Assembly (NCBI RefSeq): GCF_048403405.1
Contig: NZ_CP183129.1
DNA length: 64,000 bases
Strand: one strand, 5' to 3'
DNA from: Escherichia coli
GTDB lineage: Bacteria; Pseudomonadota; Gammaproteobacteria; Enterobacterales; Enterobacteriaceae
Made by a program: the position numbers and the translations under genes. The number at the start of each line of letters is the position of its first letter. Position 1 is the stretch's first letter. A model generated the notes under the pieces. It saw only the letters and a program-made list of their open reading frames with translations. It did not search any database and was not told the origin of the DNA. Positions 32,454-49,316 of the stretch are shown here, in pieces.

Positions 32454-32787
32454 TCAAAAAATCACAGTGCTCGGTCAACTCTTACCCCGCAAGCACAGGT
32501 TGTTGGCTTCGCGGAACCGGGATGTTCTTATAATCAATCACATTCCCTGTTACCAGAATCATCCCGAAAGCATTCAAATAGGACGCGGCATTATAGCGGC
32601 ATCACTTTTATGAGTCGAGAACGGTTATTGCGCGCTGTCGCGTATTTTTTCACAATTCCCGGGCAATTTTCGTCTGAATGCTGGGCAAAAAGCGCAAAAT
32701 CCAGACAAAACAAAACGGCCCGCAGGCCGTTTTTCATAAAATCTTTAGCAACATACTGGAAAAGCGCCGACAGTTGCAAATGCGTTT

Positions 32788-33105
32788 TTACGCGATGCTT
32801 CCTGCTCCACGACAGGGAGGAGAGGCAAAGACGGTGTCCTGCAACCCTTCCCACTCCTTAATAGTGTAAGTATGCAGAGCCAGCGCATGAACGGTAGTAG
32901 AGAGTTCCTCCGCTAAAGTACTGTAAATCATTCGATGACGATTCAGAAAACGTTCACCCGTAAAACGATCGCTGACCAGCACAACTTTAAAATGGCTTTC
33001 AGAGCCGGCTGGGACATTGTGACGATAGCTTTCATCCACTACTTCGAGGAATACGGGTTGGAACGCCGCCCTTAATTTTTCTTCTATCCGCTCACGTATC
33101 ATCAT
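32788..33105 (-). CDS. bolA: stress/morphogene regulator BolA
   Basis: 105 aa from internal [51 protein letters not shown]... Confidence 0.93.
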
Positions 33106-33409
33106 GAAATATCTCCTCCGACAACGCTGAGATGTCATCCATCCCTTTAAATACTAGCCGCTTTTACCGTTTCCATTGCAGCTTAACAACAAATATTTAG
33201 GTTTCGTCCTGGTTTTTCTGTCAAGCGTATGAAGTTTACTGATTTAAAGATTGAAACACAGGCCTCGCATCAGCGTTTCTTTTACCAGGGGCGATTATTT
33301 CGTCAACATGATGAATTTACATGCCTTACCCACTTCCCCTCGCCGTTGGCAATGTTATGATGGCGGGAATTTTTACCAAACACGCTTAAGAGTCTCTGAG
33401 AGCCCGAAC

Positions 33410-33988
33410 ATGTTCAAAAAAATCCTCTTCCCGTTAGTTGCTCTGTTTATGCTTGCAGGATGCGCAAAACCGCCAACAACTATTGAAGTTTCCCCGACGA
33501 TGACACTGCCACAGCAGGATCCAAGCCTGATGGGCGTCACCGTAAGCATTAATGGTGCCGATCAGCGTACCGATCAGGCGCTGGCAAAAGTCACCCGAGA
33601 TAATCAAATCGTTACCCTGACCGCCTCCCGCGATCTGCGTTTCCTGCTGCAAGAAGTGCTTGAAAAACAGATGACCGCGCGTGGTTACATGGTCGGTCCG
33701 AATGGCCCGGTTAATCTGCAAATCATCGTTAGCCAACTGTATGCTGATGTGTCCCAGGGCAACGTGCGCTATAACATCGCGACCAAAGCGGATATCGCCA
33801 TCATCGCTACCGCGCAGAATGGCAACAAAATGACCAAGAACTATCGTGCCAGCTACAACGTTGAAGGTGCGTTCCAGGCCTCCAACAAAAATATCGCCGA
33901 TGCGGTTAACAGTGTGCTGACCGATACCATCGCTGATATGTCTCAGGACACCAGCATCCACGAATTCATCAAGCAGAACGCGCGTTAA
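33410..33988 (+). CDS. yajG: lipoprotein YajG
   Basis: 192 aa from internal ATG MFKKILFPLVALFMLAGCAKPPTTIEV... with lipobox. Confidence 0.9.
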   Translation: MFKKILFPLVALFMLAGCAKPPTTIEVSPTMTLPQQDPSLMGVTVSINGADQRTDQALAKVTRDNQIVTLTASRDLRFLLQEVLEKQMTARGYMVGPNGPVNLQIIVSQLYADVSQGNVRYNIATKADIAIIATAQNGNKMTKNYRASYNVEGAFQASNKNIADAVNSVLTDTIADMSQDTSIHEFIKQNAR

Positions 33989-34031
33989 TTTCTGCCCTCT
34001 GGCCCGGTGCAAGCCGGGCCTGTAGACGCCC

Positions 34032-35507
34032 ATGTCCAGTCAATATTTACGTATTTTTCAACAGCCACGTTCAGCCATATTGCTGATTCTGGGTTTTGCT
34101 TCCGGGCTACCGCTCGCCCTGACATCCGGCACCTTACAGGCCTGGATGACGGTCGAGAATATCGATCTTAAAACCATTGGTTTCTTCTCTCTGGTAGGCC
34201 AGGCTTACGTTTTTAAATTCCTCTGGTCACCGCTGATGGACCGCTACACGCCCCCATTTTTCGGGCGGCGGCGCGGTTGGCTGCTCGCCACGCAAATCCT
34301 GTTATTAGTCGCCATTGCGGCGATGGGTTTTCTCGAACCAGGCACCCAGCTCCGCTGGATGGCGGCACTGGCGGTGGTGATCGCTTTTTGCTCTGCCTCC
34401 CAGGATATTGTCTTCGATGCGTGGAAAACCGATGTGCTCCCGGCAGAAGAACGTGGTGCGGGCGCGGCAATCAGCGTGCTGGGTTACCGTTTAGGGATGC
34501 TGGTTTCCGGCGGCTTAGCCCTGTGGCTGGCAGATAAATGGCTGGGCTGGCAGGGCATGTACTGGTTGATGGCGGCGCTGTTGATCCCCTGTATTATCGC
34601 GACGTTACTTGCACCAGAACCAACCGACACCATTCCAGTGCCCAAAACGCTGGAACAAGCGGTTGTTGCACCTCTGCGCGATTTCTTTGGTCGCAATAAT
34701 GCCTGGCTTATTTTGCTTATTATCGTGCTGTATAAGCTGGGCGACGCATTCGCCATGAGCCTGACAACCACGTTTTTGATTCGTGGCGTCGGGTTTGATG
34801 CGGGTGAAGTAGGCGTGGTTAACAAAACGCTTGGCTTACTGGCGACCATTGTTGGCGCATTGTACGGTGGGATTTTGATGCAGCGCCTGTCGCTGTTCCG
34901 GGCGCTGCTGATTTTCGGCATTTTACAAGGTGCATCTAACGCCGGTTACTGGCTGCTGTCGATTACTGATAAGCATCTCTACAGCATGGGCGCTGCCGTC
35001 TTTTTCGAAAACCTCTGTGGCGGGATGGGCACATCAGCCTTTGTCGCGCTGTTAATGACGCTGTGTAATAAGTCATTTTCCGCTACTCAATTTGCCCTGC
35101 TCTCAGCGCTTTCTGCTGTAGGGCGAGTTTATGTCGGCCCCGTGGCGGGTTGGTTTGTTGAAGCACACGGCTGGTCGACATTCTATCTGTTCTCCGTCGC
35201 CGCTGCCGTACCAGGGCTTATTTTGCTGCTGGTTTGCCGCCAGACGCTTGAATATACACGAGTAAATGACAACTTTATCTCCCGTACCGAATATCCTGCA
35301 GGTTATGCCTTTGCCATGTGGACACTGGCGGCGGGCATCAGCCTGTTGGCCGTGTGGTTACTGCTGTTGACGATGGACGCGCTGGATTTGACGCATTTCT
35401 CTTTCCTGCCTGCTCTGCTGGAAGTCGGGGTTTTAGTCGCTCTTTCTGGCGTCGTGCTTGGTGGTTTACTGGATTATCTGGCGCTACGAAAAACGCATCT
35501 GACGTAA
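34032..35507 (+). CDS. ampG: muropeptide MFS permease AmpG
   Basis: 491-aa ORF MSSQYLRIFQQPRSAILLILGFASGLPLALTSGTLQAWMTVENIDLKTIGFF... Confidence 0.96.
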   Translation: MSSQYLRIFQQPRSAILLILGFASGLPLALTSGTLQAWMTVENIDLKTIGFFSLVGQAYVFKFLWSPLMDRYTPPFFGRRRGWLLATQILLLVAIAAMGFLEPGTQLRWMAALAVVIAFCSASQDIVFDAWKTDVLPAEERGAGAAISVLGYRLGMLVSGGLALWLADKWLGWQGMYWLMAALLIPCIIATLLAPEPTDTIPVPKTLEQAVVAPLRDFFGRNNAWLILLIIVLYKLGDAFAMSLTTTFLIRGVGFDAGEVGVVNKTLGLLATIVGALYGGILMQRLSLFRALLIFGILQGASNAGYWLLSITDKHLYSMGAAVFFENLCGGMGTSAFVALLMTLCNKSFSATQFALLSALSAVGRVYVGPVAGWFVEAHGWSTFYLFSVAAAVPGLILLLVCRQTLEYTRVNDNFISRTEYPAGYAFAMWTLAAGISLLAVWLLLLTMDALDLTHFSFLPALLEVGVLVALSGVVLGGLLDYLALRKTHLT

Positions 35508-35963
35508 TCTGTAAATATTATTTAGCTGTAGTAATCACTCGCCGTAATTATTACGGCTAAATAAACATCAGCATCGCTTATTAATATTTGTTCTTTTGTG
35601 CGGCTTAGCGTCTGGAAATTATTGACGTCATTTATGAATTCTATTTTTCTTACACGATTCAGCTAATGAGTCTTTATTTTCTCACTACCCAGTTGTCACC
35701 TTAATGATAATTATTTGTTAAATAATTGTTTTATTTCGCATTGGTTATACCAATTGCCCGCCCAGACTCCTTCTGCACTCCCCTTTTGTTATAACGCCCT
35801 TTTGCAACAGCTTCTTAAAATCAACCTGATATGTTTTGCAACATATGTGACCTGGAAGCCAAATCCAAGTAACAGGAATTTAATCATGTTTACAGTAATG
35901 TAACCTTCCCGTAAAATGCCCACACACTTTAAACGCCACCAGATCCCGTGGAATTGAGGTCGT

Positions 35964-36914
<951 letters not shown>

Positions 36915-36923
36915 AGGGGTTGA

Positions 36924-39860
<2,937 letters not shown>

Positions 39861-39871
39861 GAGCGGCGGTT

Positions 39872-40762
39872 ATGATGTTTAAGCAATACCTGCAAGTAAC
39901 GAAACCAGGCATCATCTTTGGCAACCTGATCTCGGTGATTGGGGGATTCCTGCTGGCCTCAAAGGGCCGCATTGATTATCCCCTGTTTATCTACACGCTG
40001 GTTGGGGTGTCACTGGTTGTGGCGTCGGGTTGTGTGTTTAACAACTACATCGACAGGGATATCGACAGAAAGATGGAAAGGACGAAGAATCGGGTGCTGG
40101 TTAAAGGCCTGATCTCTCCTGCTGTCTCGCTGGTGTACGCCACCTTGCTGGGTATTGCTGGCTTTATGCTGCTGTGGTTTGGCGCGAATCCGCTGGCCTG
40201 CTGGCTGGGAGTGATGGGCTTTGTGGTTTACGTCGGCGTTTATAGCCTGTACATGAAACGCCACTCAGTCTACGGCACATTGATTGGTTCGCTCTCCGGC
40301 GCTGCGCCGCCGGTGATCGGCTACTGTGCAGTAACCGGCGAGTTCGATAGTGGCGCAGCGATTCTGCTTGCTATCTTCAGTCTGTGGCAGATGCCTCACT
40401 CCTATGCCATCGCCATTTTCCGCTTTAAGGATTACCAGGCGGCAAACATTCCGGTATTGCCAGTGGTAAAAGGCATTTCGGTGGCGAAGAATCACATCAC
40501 GCTGTATATCATCGCCTTTGCCGTTGCCACGCTGATGCTCTCTCTTGGCGGTTACGCTGGGTATAAATATCTGGTAGTCGCCGCGGCGGTGAGCGTCTGG
40601 TGGTTAGGCATGGCTCTGCGCGGTTATAAAGTTGCTGATGACAGAATCTGGGCGCGCAAGCTGTTCGGCTTCTCTATCATCGCCATCACTGCCCTCTCGG
40701 TGATGATGTCCGTTGATTTTATGGTGCCGGACTCGCATACGCTGCTGGCTGCTGTGTGGTAA
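39872..40762 (+). CDS. cyoE: haem O synthase (protohaem IX farnesyltransferase)
   Basis: 296-aa [42 protein letters not shown]... Confidence 0.97.
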   Translation: MMFKQYLQVTKPGIIFGNLISVIGGFLLASKGRIDYPLFIYTLVGVSLVVASGCVFNNYIDRDIDRKMERTKNRVLVKGLISPAVSLVYATLLGIAGFMLLWFGANPLACWLGVMGFVVYVGVYSLYMKRHSVYGTLIGSLSGAAPPVIGYCAVTGEFDSGAAILLAIFSLWQMPHSYAIAIFRFKDYQAANIPVLPVVKGISVAKNHITLYIIAFAVATLMLSLGGYAGYKYLVVAAAVSVWWLGMALRGYKVADDRIWARKLFGFSIIAITALSVMMSVDFMVPDSHTLLAAVW

Positions 40763-40910
40763 CACAACCTCTCAGTTAAAAAGGTGCTACGGCACCTTTT
40801 TTCTTAGCATTAGAATCATATCCCTCTCGAAATATTTACTAAAAAATCCGCATATTTACCCCATTCGTTTGCCGCTTTACACTAGTCGCGAATTTAAAAC
40901 AGAGGTGGTA

Positions 40911-42275
40911 ATGAACGATTATAAAATGACGCCAGGTGAGCGACGCGCGACCTGGGGTTTAGGGACCGTATTCTCGTTGCGCATGCTGGGCATGTTTATG
41001 GTTCTGCCGGTTCTGACCACGTACGGCATGGCTCTGCAAGGTGCCAGCGAAGCATTAATCGGTATTGCCATTGGTATTTATGGTCTGACTCAGGCCGTTT
41101 TTCAGATTCCGTTTGGCCTGCTTTCCGACCGCATTGGTCGCAAACCATTAATTGTCGGTGGGCTGGCAGTGTTTGCCGCCGGTAGCGTTATCGCTGCGCT
41201 CTCTGACTCCATCTGGGGAATTATTCTGGGCCGGGCGCTACAAGGCTCCGGTGCGATTGCCGCTGCCGTTATGGCGCTGCTTTCCGATCTCACGCGCGAA
41301 CAAAACCGCACCAAAGCAATGGCGTTTATCGGCGTGAGCTTTGGCATTACCTTTGCCATTGCGATGGTGCTTGGCCCGATCATCACTCACAAACTTGGGC
41401 TGCACGCGCTGTTCTGGATGATCGCTATTCTGGCAACAACCGGCATTGCGTTGACCATTTGGGTTGTGCCCAACAGTAGCACTCACGTACTTAATCGTGA
41501 GTCCGGAATGGTGAAAGGCAGTTTCAGTAAAGTGCTGGCGGAACCGCGGCTGCTGAAACTCAACTTTGGCATTATGTGTCTGCATATTTTGCTGATGTCG
41601 ACGTTTGTTGCCCTGCCAGGGCAACTGGCTGATGCGGGATTTCCGGCGGCTGAACACTGGAAGGTCTACCTGGCAACGATGTTAATCGCCTTTGGCTCGG
41701 TCGTGCCTTTCATTATCTACGCTGAAGTTAAGCGCAAAATGAAGCAAGTCTTTGTCTTCTGCGTCGGGTTGATCGTGGTTGCGGAAATTGTGTTGTGGAA
41801 CGCACAAACGCAGTTCTGGCAACTGGTGGTCGGCGTGCAGCTTTTCTTTGTGGCGTTTAATTTGATGGAAGCCCTTCTGCCTTCACTTATCAGTAAAGAG
41901 TCGCCAGCAGGTTACAAAGGTACGGCGATGGGTGTTTACTCCACCAGCCAGTTTCTTGGCGTGGCGATTGGCGGTTCGCTGGGCGGCTGGATTGACGGCA
42001 TGTTTGACGGTCAGGGGGTATTTCTCGCTGGCGCAATGCTGGCCGCAGTGTGGCTGGCAGTCGCCAGTACCATGAAAGAACCGCCGTATGTCAGCAGCTT
42101 ACGCATTGAAATCCCGGCGGACATTGCCGCAAACGAGGCGTTAAAAGTGCGTTTGCTGGAAACTGAAGGCGTCAAAGAAGTGTTGATTGCAGAAGAAGAA
42201 CATTCAGCTTATGTGAAAATCGACAGCAAAGTGACGAATCGCTTTGAGGTTGAACAGGCAATTCGTCAGGCATAA
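40911..42275 (+). CDS. yajR: MFS transporter YajR
   Basis: 454 aa from internal ATG MNDYKMTPGERRATWGLGTVFSLRMLGMFMVLPVLTTYG... (table ORF 40713 starts far upstream inside cyoE). Confidence 0.93.
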   Translation: MNDYKMTPGERRATWGLGTVFSLRMLGMFMVLPVLTTYGMALQGASEALIGIAIGIYGLTQAVFQIPFGLLSDRIGRKPLIVGGLAVFAAGSVIAALSDSIWGIILGRALQGSGAIAAAVMALLSDLTREQNRTKAMAFIGVSFGITFAIAMVLGPIITHKLGLHALFWMIAILATTGIALTIWVVPNSSTHVLNRESGMVKGSFSKVLAEPRLLKLNFGIMCLHILLMSTFVALPGQLADAGFPAAEHWKVYLATMLIAFGSVVPFIIYAEVKRKMKQVFVFCVGLIVVAEIVLWNAQTQFWQLVVGVQLFFVAFNLMEALLPSLISKESPAGYKGTAMGVYSTSQFLGVAIGGSLGGWIDGMFDGQGVFLAGAMLAAVWLAVASTMKEPPYVSSLRIEIPADIAANEALKVRLLETEGVKEVLIAEEEHSAYVKIDSKVTNRFEVEQAIRQA

Positions 42276-42290
42276 AAAACGAGGCGAATT

Positions 42291-42377
42291 GCCTGCTGCG
42301 CTACGCTTACCAGGCCTACAAAGTTCCTGAGTTATAAACCTTTGTAGGCCGAATTAGCTGTTCATGCTGCATTCGGC
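42291..42377. repeat. BIME-like pair of inverted REP elements between convergent yajR and yajQ
   Basis: ...GCTACGCTTACCAGGCCTACAAAG and inverted CTTTGTAGGCCGAATTAGC...GCATTCGGC; resembles REP consensus tails (CAGGCCTACAAA) from memory. Confidence 0.55.
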
Positions 42378-42402
42378 ATGAACAAAACGCACATTGTCGC
42401 GA

Positions 42403-42894
42403 TTAATCGCGGAAGTTTTTGAACTGGAACGGCTGACCGAGATCGCCACCACGTACCATCGCCATGACAGCCTGCAAATCATCACGAGATTTACCCGTTA
42501 CGCGGATCTCATCGCCCTGAATTTGCGCCTGCACTTTCAGTTTGCTGTCTTTGATCATCTTGACGATTTTCTTCTGGGTCGCACTCTCAATGCCCTGTTT
42601 CAGTTTCGCTTCCACAAACCAGGTTTTACCGCTATGAACGATATTTTCCGGTACATCCAGCGAACTGCCTTCAATGCCGCGCTTCAGCAGCTTGGCACGC
42701 AGAATATCCAGCAACTGATTGACCTGGAAATCGGACTCGCTCAACACTTTGATGGTTTTGCTGGCGTCGTTCAGCTCAAATGAGGCTTCAACATTACGGA
42801 AGTCAAAACGGGACTCCACTTCGCGGCTCGCGTTATCGACCGCGTTACGTGCTTCCTGAAGATCAACTTCAGAGACAATATCGAAAGATGGCAT
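42403..42894 (-). CDS. yajQ: nucleotide-binding protein YajQ
   Basis: 163 aa from internal [53 protein letters not shown]... Confidence 0.93.
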
Positions 42895-43061
42895 CTTTTC
42901 CTCTCCCTTCATTTTTGATGCGAAGCATAATACCTGCAAAGTTAAATAACCAACAGTCCTGCACCAGGACGTATCCCTTAATTGTGCATAGTCGCAACAG
43001 CATGCACAATTAAGGGATAGCCTTATTGAACACCCGGAGTGGTTGCGGGTGAGGAGGAACA

Positions 43062-44526
<1,465 letters not shown>

Positions 44527-44530
44527 TGTC

Positions 44531-44566
44531 GGATGCGGTAAGCGTCGCATCTGACCAGATGCGACG
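44531..44566. repeat. REP-like palindromic element between convergent yajL and thiI
   Basis: CGTCGCATC-tgacca-GATGCGACG and nested GATGCG...CGCATC dyads. Confidence 0.5.
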
Positions 44567-44579
44567 TAAAAACCACAAA

Positions 44580-46028
44580 TTACGGGCGATATACCTTCAC
44601 ATTGTTAAAGCCCTGCTCGCGCAGATAGAGCGCCTGCAGGCGGCTCATCACCCCGCGCTCACACCACAACAGCCAGGTTTTGTTCTGGTCGAGATCGCCA
44701 AATTTGGTGCTCAGTTTATAGAACGGCAGAGAAACCACATCAATCCCTTCGACTTTCAGTGGCTTATCTTCCTGTTCATCGATAGAACGGATATCGAGGA
44801 TCACGTCGTTCGGGCCAAAGCCATTGACGGTTTCCACTTCCACCACTTCCTGCTCGGTCTGCTGGGCGATTTCGCGGATATCAACGTTATTCGCTTCTTC
44901 AACCACTTTATCGAGAATGCTGAAGTCGAACTTCTCTTCTTCCGCTTCAATCTTCGATTTAACCGCTTTCACCGTCGGGCTTTTGGAGATCACACCGCAG
45001 TATTCCGGCATAGTACGGGCAAAGTCTTCGGTACCAATATGGCGAGCCAGGTTGATGATATGCTCTTTGTCATAAGAGATCAGCGGACGCAGGATCAGCG
45101 TATCAGAGACGTTATCAATCAGGCGCAGGTTGGTCAGCGTCTGGCTGGACACCTGGCCGAGCGCTTCACCGGTGACCAGCGCCTGTACGCCGTAACGTTC
45201 AGCCACTTTAGATGCGGCACGCACCATCATACGTTTGAGGATAACGCCCATCTGACCGTCGTCGATTTTCTCGAGAATTTCCCCGACGACCGGTTCGAAA
45301 TTAATGGCGACAAAACGCACTCGGTGGGAGCTGCCAAAACGGTTCCACAGATAATGCGCCACCTGACGCACGCCAATTTCATGCGCCGCGCCGCCAAGGT
45401 TAAAGAAGCAGTAATGCACGCGGCAGCCGCGACGCATCAACATATAGCTGGAAACGCCGGAGTCGAAACCACCAGAAATGAGCGACAGCACATCTTCCTG
45501 GGTGCCGATCGGGAAACCGCCAATACCTTCGTAGCGGCCTTTAATTAGCAGGAGGCGATCGTCTTCCACTTCTAGATGGACAGTCACATCCGGATTGGTC
45601 AGCTTCACGCGCGCGGACTCAATATGCTGATTTAAACCGCCGCCGACGTAACGTTCCACATCAATCGAGCTAAAATCATGTTTGCCGCGGCGCTTCACGC
45701 GTACGCAGAAGGTTTTCCCTTCCAGCTGATCGCGATACTGAACCAACGCTTTCTCAAAAATATCGTGCATGTCGGTAAACGGCACGTCTTCGACTTCGAG
45801 AATATGGTGGATACCCGGAATACGGGTCAGGGCGTCGCGAATAGCCAGACGCTGGTTTTCATCTTTTGCGCGAACTTCGATGTTATCCCAGTGGCGGACG
45901 ACAGCGAGCGTCTCATCATAGTGCTTTAAAACGTTACGAATGTTCCCGGTAAGGATTTTTATAAAGCGCAAGCGCACAGATTGGCTTTTGATGGTGATTT
46001 CCGGGAACAATTTAATGATAAACTTCAT
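44580..46028 (-). CDS. thiI: tRNA 4-thiouridine synthase / thiamine biosynthesis protein ThiI
   Basis: 482-aa [55 protein letters not shown]... Confidence 0.97.
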   Translation of the reverse strand: MKFIIKLFPEITIKSQSVRLRFIKILTGNIRNVLKHYDETLAVVRHWDNIEVRAKDENQRLAIRDALTRIPGIHHILEVEDVPFTDMHDIFEKALVQYRDQLEGKTFCVRVKRRGKHDFSSIDVERYVGGGLNQHIESARVKLTNPDVTVHLEVEDDRLLLIKGRYEGIGGFPIGTQEDVLSLISGGFDSGVSSYMLMRRGCRVHYCFFNLGGAAHEIGVRQVAHYLWNRFGSSHRVRFVAINFEPVVGEILEKIDDGQMGVILKRMMVRAASKVAERYGVQALVTGEALGQVSSQTLTNLRLIDNVSDTLILRPLISYDKEHIINLARHIGTEDFARTMPEYCGVISKSPTVKAVKSKIEAEEEKFDFSILDKVVEEANNVDIREIAQQTEQEVVEVETVNGFGPNDVILDIRSIDEQEDKPLKVEGIDVVSLPFYKLSTKFGDLDQNKTWLLWCERGVMSRLQALYLREQGFNNVKVYRP

Positions 46029-46233
46029 GGCGGCAATGGTTCGTTGGCAAGCCTTAAGCGACTTGTATAGGGAAAAATACAGCAGCCCACACCTGCGGCT
46101 GCATCCAGGCGCGGAAGTATACCACTAACATCGCTTTGCTGCGCACATCACCTTACCATTGCGCGTTATTTGCTATTTGCCCTGAGTCCGTTACCATGAC
46201 GGGGCGAAAAATATTGAGAGTCAGACATTCATT

Positions 46234-46476
46234 ATGCCGAAGAAAAATGAGGCGCCCGCCAGCTTTGAAAAGGCGCTGAGCGAGCTGGAACAGATTGTAA
46301 CCCGTCTGGAAAGTGGCGACCTGCCGCTGGAAGAGGCGCTGAACGAGTTCGAACGCGGCGTGCAGCTGGCACGTCAGGGGCAGGCCAAATTACAACAAGC
46401 CGAACAGCGCGTACAAATTCTGCTGTCTGACAATGAAGACGCCTCTCTAACCCCTTTTACACCGGACAATGAGTAA
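46234..46476 (+). CDS. xseB: exodeoxyribonuclease VII small subunit
   Basis: 80-aa [53 protein letters not shown]... Confidence 0.96.
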
Positions 46477-47375
46477 TGGACTTTCCGCAGCAACTCGAAG
46501 CCTGCGTTAAGCAGGCCAACCAGGCGCTGAGCCGTTTTATCGCCCCACTGCCCTTTCAGAACACTCCCGTGGTCGAAACCATGCAGTATGGCGCATTATT
46601 AGGTGGTAAGCGCCTGCGACCTTTCCTGGTTTATGCCACCGGTCATATGTTCGGCGTTAGCACAAACACGCTGGACGCACCCGCTGCCGCCGTAGAGTGT
46701 ATCCACGCTTACTCATTAATTCATGATGATTTACCGGCAATGGATGATGACGATCTGCGTCGCGGTTTGCCAACCTGCCATGTGAAGTTTGGCGAAGCAA
46801 ACGCGATTCTCGCTGGCGACGCTTTACAAACGCTGGCGTTCTCGATTCTAAGCGATGCCGATATGCCGGAAGTGTCGGATCGCGACAGAATTTCGATGAT
46901 TTCTGAACTGGCGAGCGCCAGCGGTATTGCCGGAATGTGCGGTGGTCAGGCATTAGATTTAGATGCGGAAGGCAAACACGTACCTCTGGACGCACTCGAG
47001 CGTATTCATCGTCATAAAACCGGCGCATTGATTCGCGCCGCCGTTCGCCTTGGTGCATTAAGCGCCGGAGATAAAGGACGTCGTGCTCTGCCAGTACTCG
47101 ACAAGTACGCAGAGAGCATCGGCCTTGCCTTCCAGGTTCAGGATGACATCCTGGATGTGGTAGGAGATACTGCAACGTTAGGAAAACGCCAGGGTGCCGA
47201 TCAGCAACTTGGTAAAAGTACCTACCCTGCACTTCTGGGTCTTGAGCAAGCCCGGAAGAAAGCCCGGGATCTGATCGACGATGCCCGTCAGTCGCTGAAA
47301 CAACTGGCTGAGCAGTCACTCGATACCTCGGCACTGGAAGCGCTAGCGGACTACATCATCCAGCGTAATAAATAA
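46476..47375 (+). CDS. ispA: farnesyl diphosphate synthase
   Basis: 299-aa ORF with DDLPAMDDDDLRRG (first Asp-rich motif) and second DDxxD motif; start shares 1 nt with the xseB stop. Confidence 0.97.
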   Translation: MDFPQQLEACVKQANQALSRFIAPLPFQNTPVVETMQYGALLGGKRLRPFLVYATGHMFGVSTNTLDAPAAAVECIHAYSLIHDDLPAMDDDDLRRGLPTCHVKFGEANAILAGDALQTLAFSILSDADMPEVSDRDRISMISELASASGIAGMCGGQALDLDAEGKHVPLDALERIHRHKTGALIRAAVRLGALSAGDKGRRALPVLDKYAESIGLAFQVQDDILDVVGDTATLGKRQGADQQLGKSTYPALLGLEQARKKARDLIDDARQSLKQLAEQSLDTSALEALADYIIQRNK

Positions 47376-47399
47376 ACAATAAGTATTAATAGGCCCCTG

Positions 47400-49262
47400 A
47401 TGAGTTTTGATATTGCCAAATACCCGACCCTGGCACTGGTCGACTCCACCCAGGAGTTACGACTGTTGCCGAAAGAGAGTTTACCGAAACTCTGCGACGA
47501 ACTGCGCCGCTATTTACTCGACAGCGTGAGCCGTTCCAGCGGGCACTTCGCCTCCGGGCTGGGCACGGTCGAACTGACCGTGGCGCTGCACTATGTCTAC
47601 AACACCCCGTTTGACCAATTGATTTGGGATGTGGGGCATCAGGCTTATCCGCATAAAATTTTGACCGGACGCCGCGACAAGATCGACACCATCCGTCAGA
47701 AAGGCGGTCTGCACCCGTTCCCGTGGCGCGGCGAAAGCGAATATGACGTATTAAGCGTCGGGCATTCATCAACCTCCATCAGTGCCGGAATTGGTATTGC
47801 GGTCGCTGCCGAAAAAGAAGGCAAAAATCGCCGCACCGTTTGTGTGATTGGCGACGGTGCGATTACCGCTGGCATGGCGTTTGAAGCGATGAATCACGCG
47901 GGCGATATCCGTCCTGATATGCTGGTGGTTCTCAACGACAATGAAATGTCGATTTCCGAAAATGTTGGCGCGCTCAACAACCATCTGGCGCAGCTGCTTT
48001 CCGGTAAGCTTTACTCTTCACTGCGCGAAGGCGGGAAAAAAGTTTTCTCTGGCGTGCCCCCCATTAAAGAGCTGCTCAAACGTACCGAAGAACATATTAA
48101 AGGCATGGTAGTGCCTGGCACATTGTTTGAAGAGCTGGGCTTTAACTACATCGGCCCGGTTGACGGTCACGATGTGCTGGGGCTTATCACCACGCTTAAG
48201 AACATGCGCGACCTGAAAGGCCCGCAGTTCCTGCATATCATGACCAAAAAAGGTCGTGGTTATGAACCGGCAGAAAAAGACCCAATCACTTTCCACGCCG
48301 TGCCTAAATTTGATCCCTCCAGCGGTTGTTTGCCGAAAAGTAGCGGCGGTTTGCCGAGCTATTCAAAAATCTTTGGCGACTGGTTGTGCGAAACGGCAGC
48401 GAAAGACAACAAGCTGATGGCGATTACTCCGGCGATGCGTGAAGGTTCCGGTATGGTCGAGTTTTCTCGTAAATTCCCGGATCGCTACTTCGACGTGGCA
48501 ATTGCCGAGCAACACGCAGTGACCTTTGCCGCCGGTCTGGCGATTGGTGGGTACAAACCCATCGTCGCGATCTACTCCACCTTCCTGCAACGCGCCTATG
48601 ATCAGGTGCTGCATGACGTGGCGATTCAAAAGCTTCCGGTCCTGTTCGCCATCGACCGCGCGGGCATTGTTGGTGCTGATGGTCAAACCCACCAGGGCGC
48701 TTTTGATCTCTCTTACCTGCGCTGTATTCCGGAAATGGTCATTATGACCCCGAGCGATGAAAACGAATGTCGCCAGATGCTCTATACCGGCTATCACTAT
48801 AACGATGGCCCGTCAGCGGTACGCTACCCGCGTGGCAACGCGGTTGGCGTGGAACTGACGCCGCTGGAAAAACTGCCAATTGGCAAAGGCATTGTGAAGC
48901 GTCGTGGCGAGAAACTGGCGATCCTTAACTTTGGTACGCTGATGCCAGAAGCGGCGAAAGTCGCTGAATCGCTGAACGCTACGCTGGTCGATATGCGTTT
49001 TGTGAAACCGCTTGATGAAGCGTTAATTCTGGAAATGGCCGCCAGCCATGAAGCGCTGGTCACCGTAGAAGAAAACGCCATTATGGGCGGCGCAGGCAGC
49101 GGAGTGAACGAAGTGCTGATGGCCCATCGTAAACCAGTACCCGTGCTGAACATTGGCCTGCCTGACTTCTTTATTCCACAAGGAACGCAGGAAGAAATGC
49201 GCGCCGAACTCGGCCTCGATGCCGCCGGTATGGAAGCCAAAATCAAGGCCTGGCTGGCATAA
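47400..49262 (+). CDS. dxs: 1-deoxy-D-xylulose-5-phosphate synthase
   Basis: 620-aa [58 protein letters not shown]... Confidence 0.98.
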   Translation: MSFDIAKYPTLALVDSTQELRLLPKESLPKLCDELRRYLLDSVSRSSGHFASGLGTVELTVALHYVYNTPFDQLIWDVGHQAYPHKILTGRRDKIDTIRQKGGLHPFPWRGESEYDVLSVGHSSTSISAGIGIAVAAEKEGKNRRTVCVIGDGAITAGMAFEAMNHAGDIRPDMLVVLNDNEMSISENVGALNNHLAQLLSGKLYSSLREGGKKVFSGVPPIKELLKRTEEHIKGMVVPGTLFEELGFNYIGPVDGHDVLGLITTLKNMRDLKGPQFLHIMTKKGRGYEPAEKDPITFHAVPKFDPSSGCLPKSSGGLPSYSKIFGDWLCETAAKDNKLMAITPAMREGSGMVEFSRKFPDRYFDVAIAEQHAVTFAAGLAIGGYKPIVAIYSTFLQRAYDQVLHDVAIQKLPVLFAIDRAGIVGADGQTHQGAFDLSYLRCIPEMVIMTPSDENECRQMLYTGYHYNDGPSAVRYPRGNAVGVELTPLEKLPIGKGIVKRRGEKLAILNFGTLMPEAAKVAESLNATLVDMRFVKPLDEALILEMAASHEALVTVEENAIMGGAGSGVNEVLMAHRKPVPVLNIGLPDFFIPQGTQEEMRAELGLDAAGMEAKIKAWLA

Positions 49263-49316
49263 TCCCTACTCCACTCCTGCTATGCTTAAGAAATTATTCA
49301 TGGCAGGAGTGGCAGC

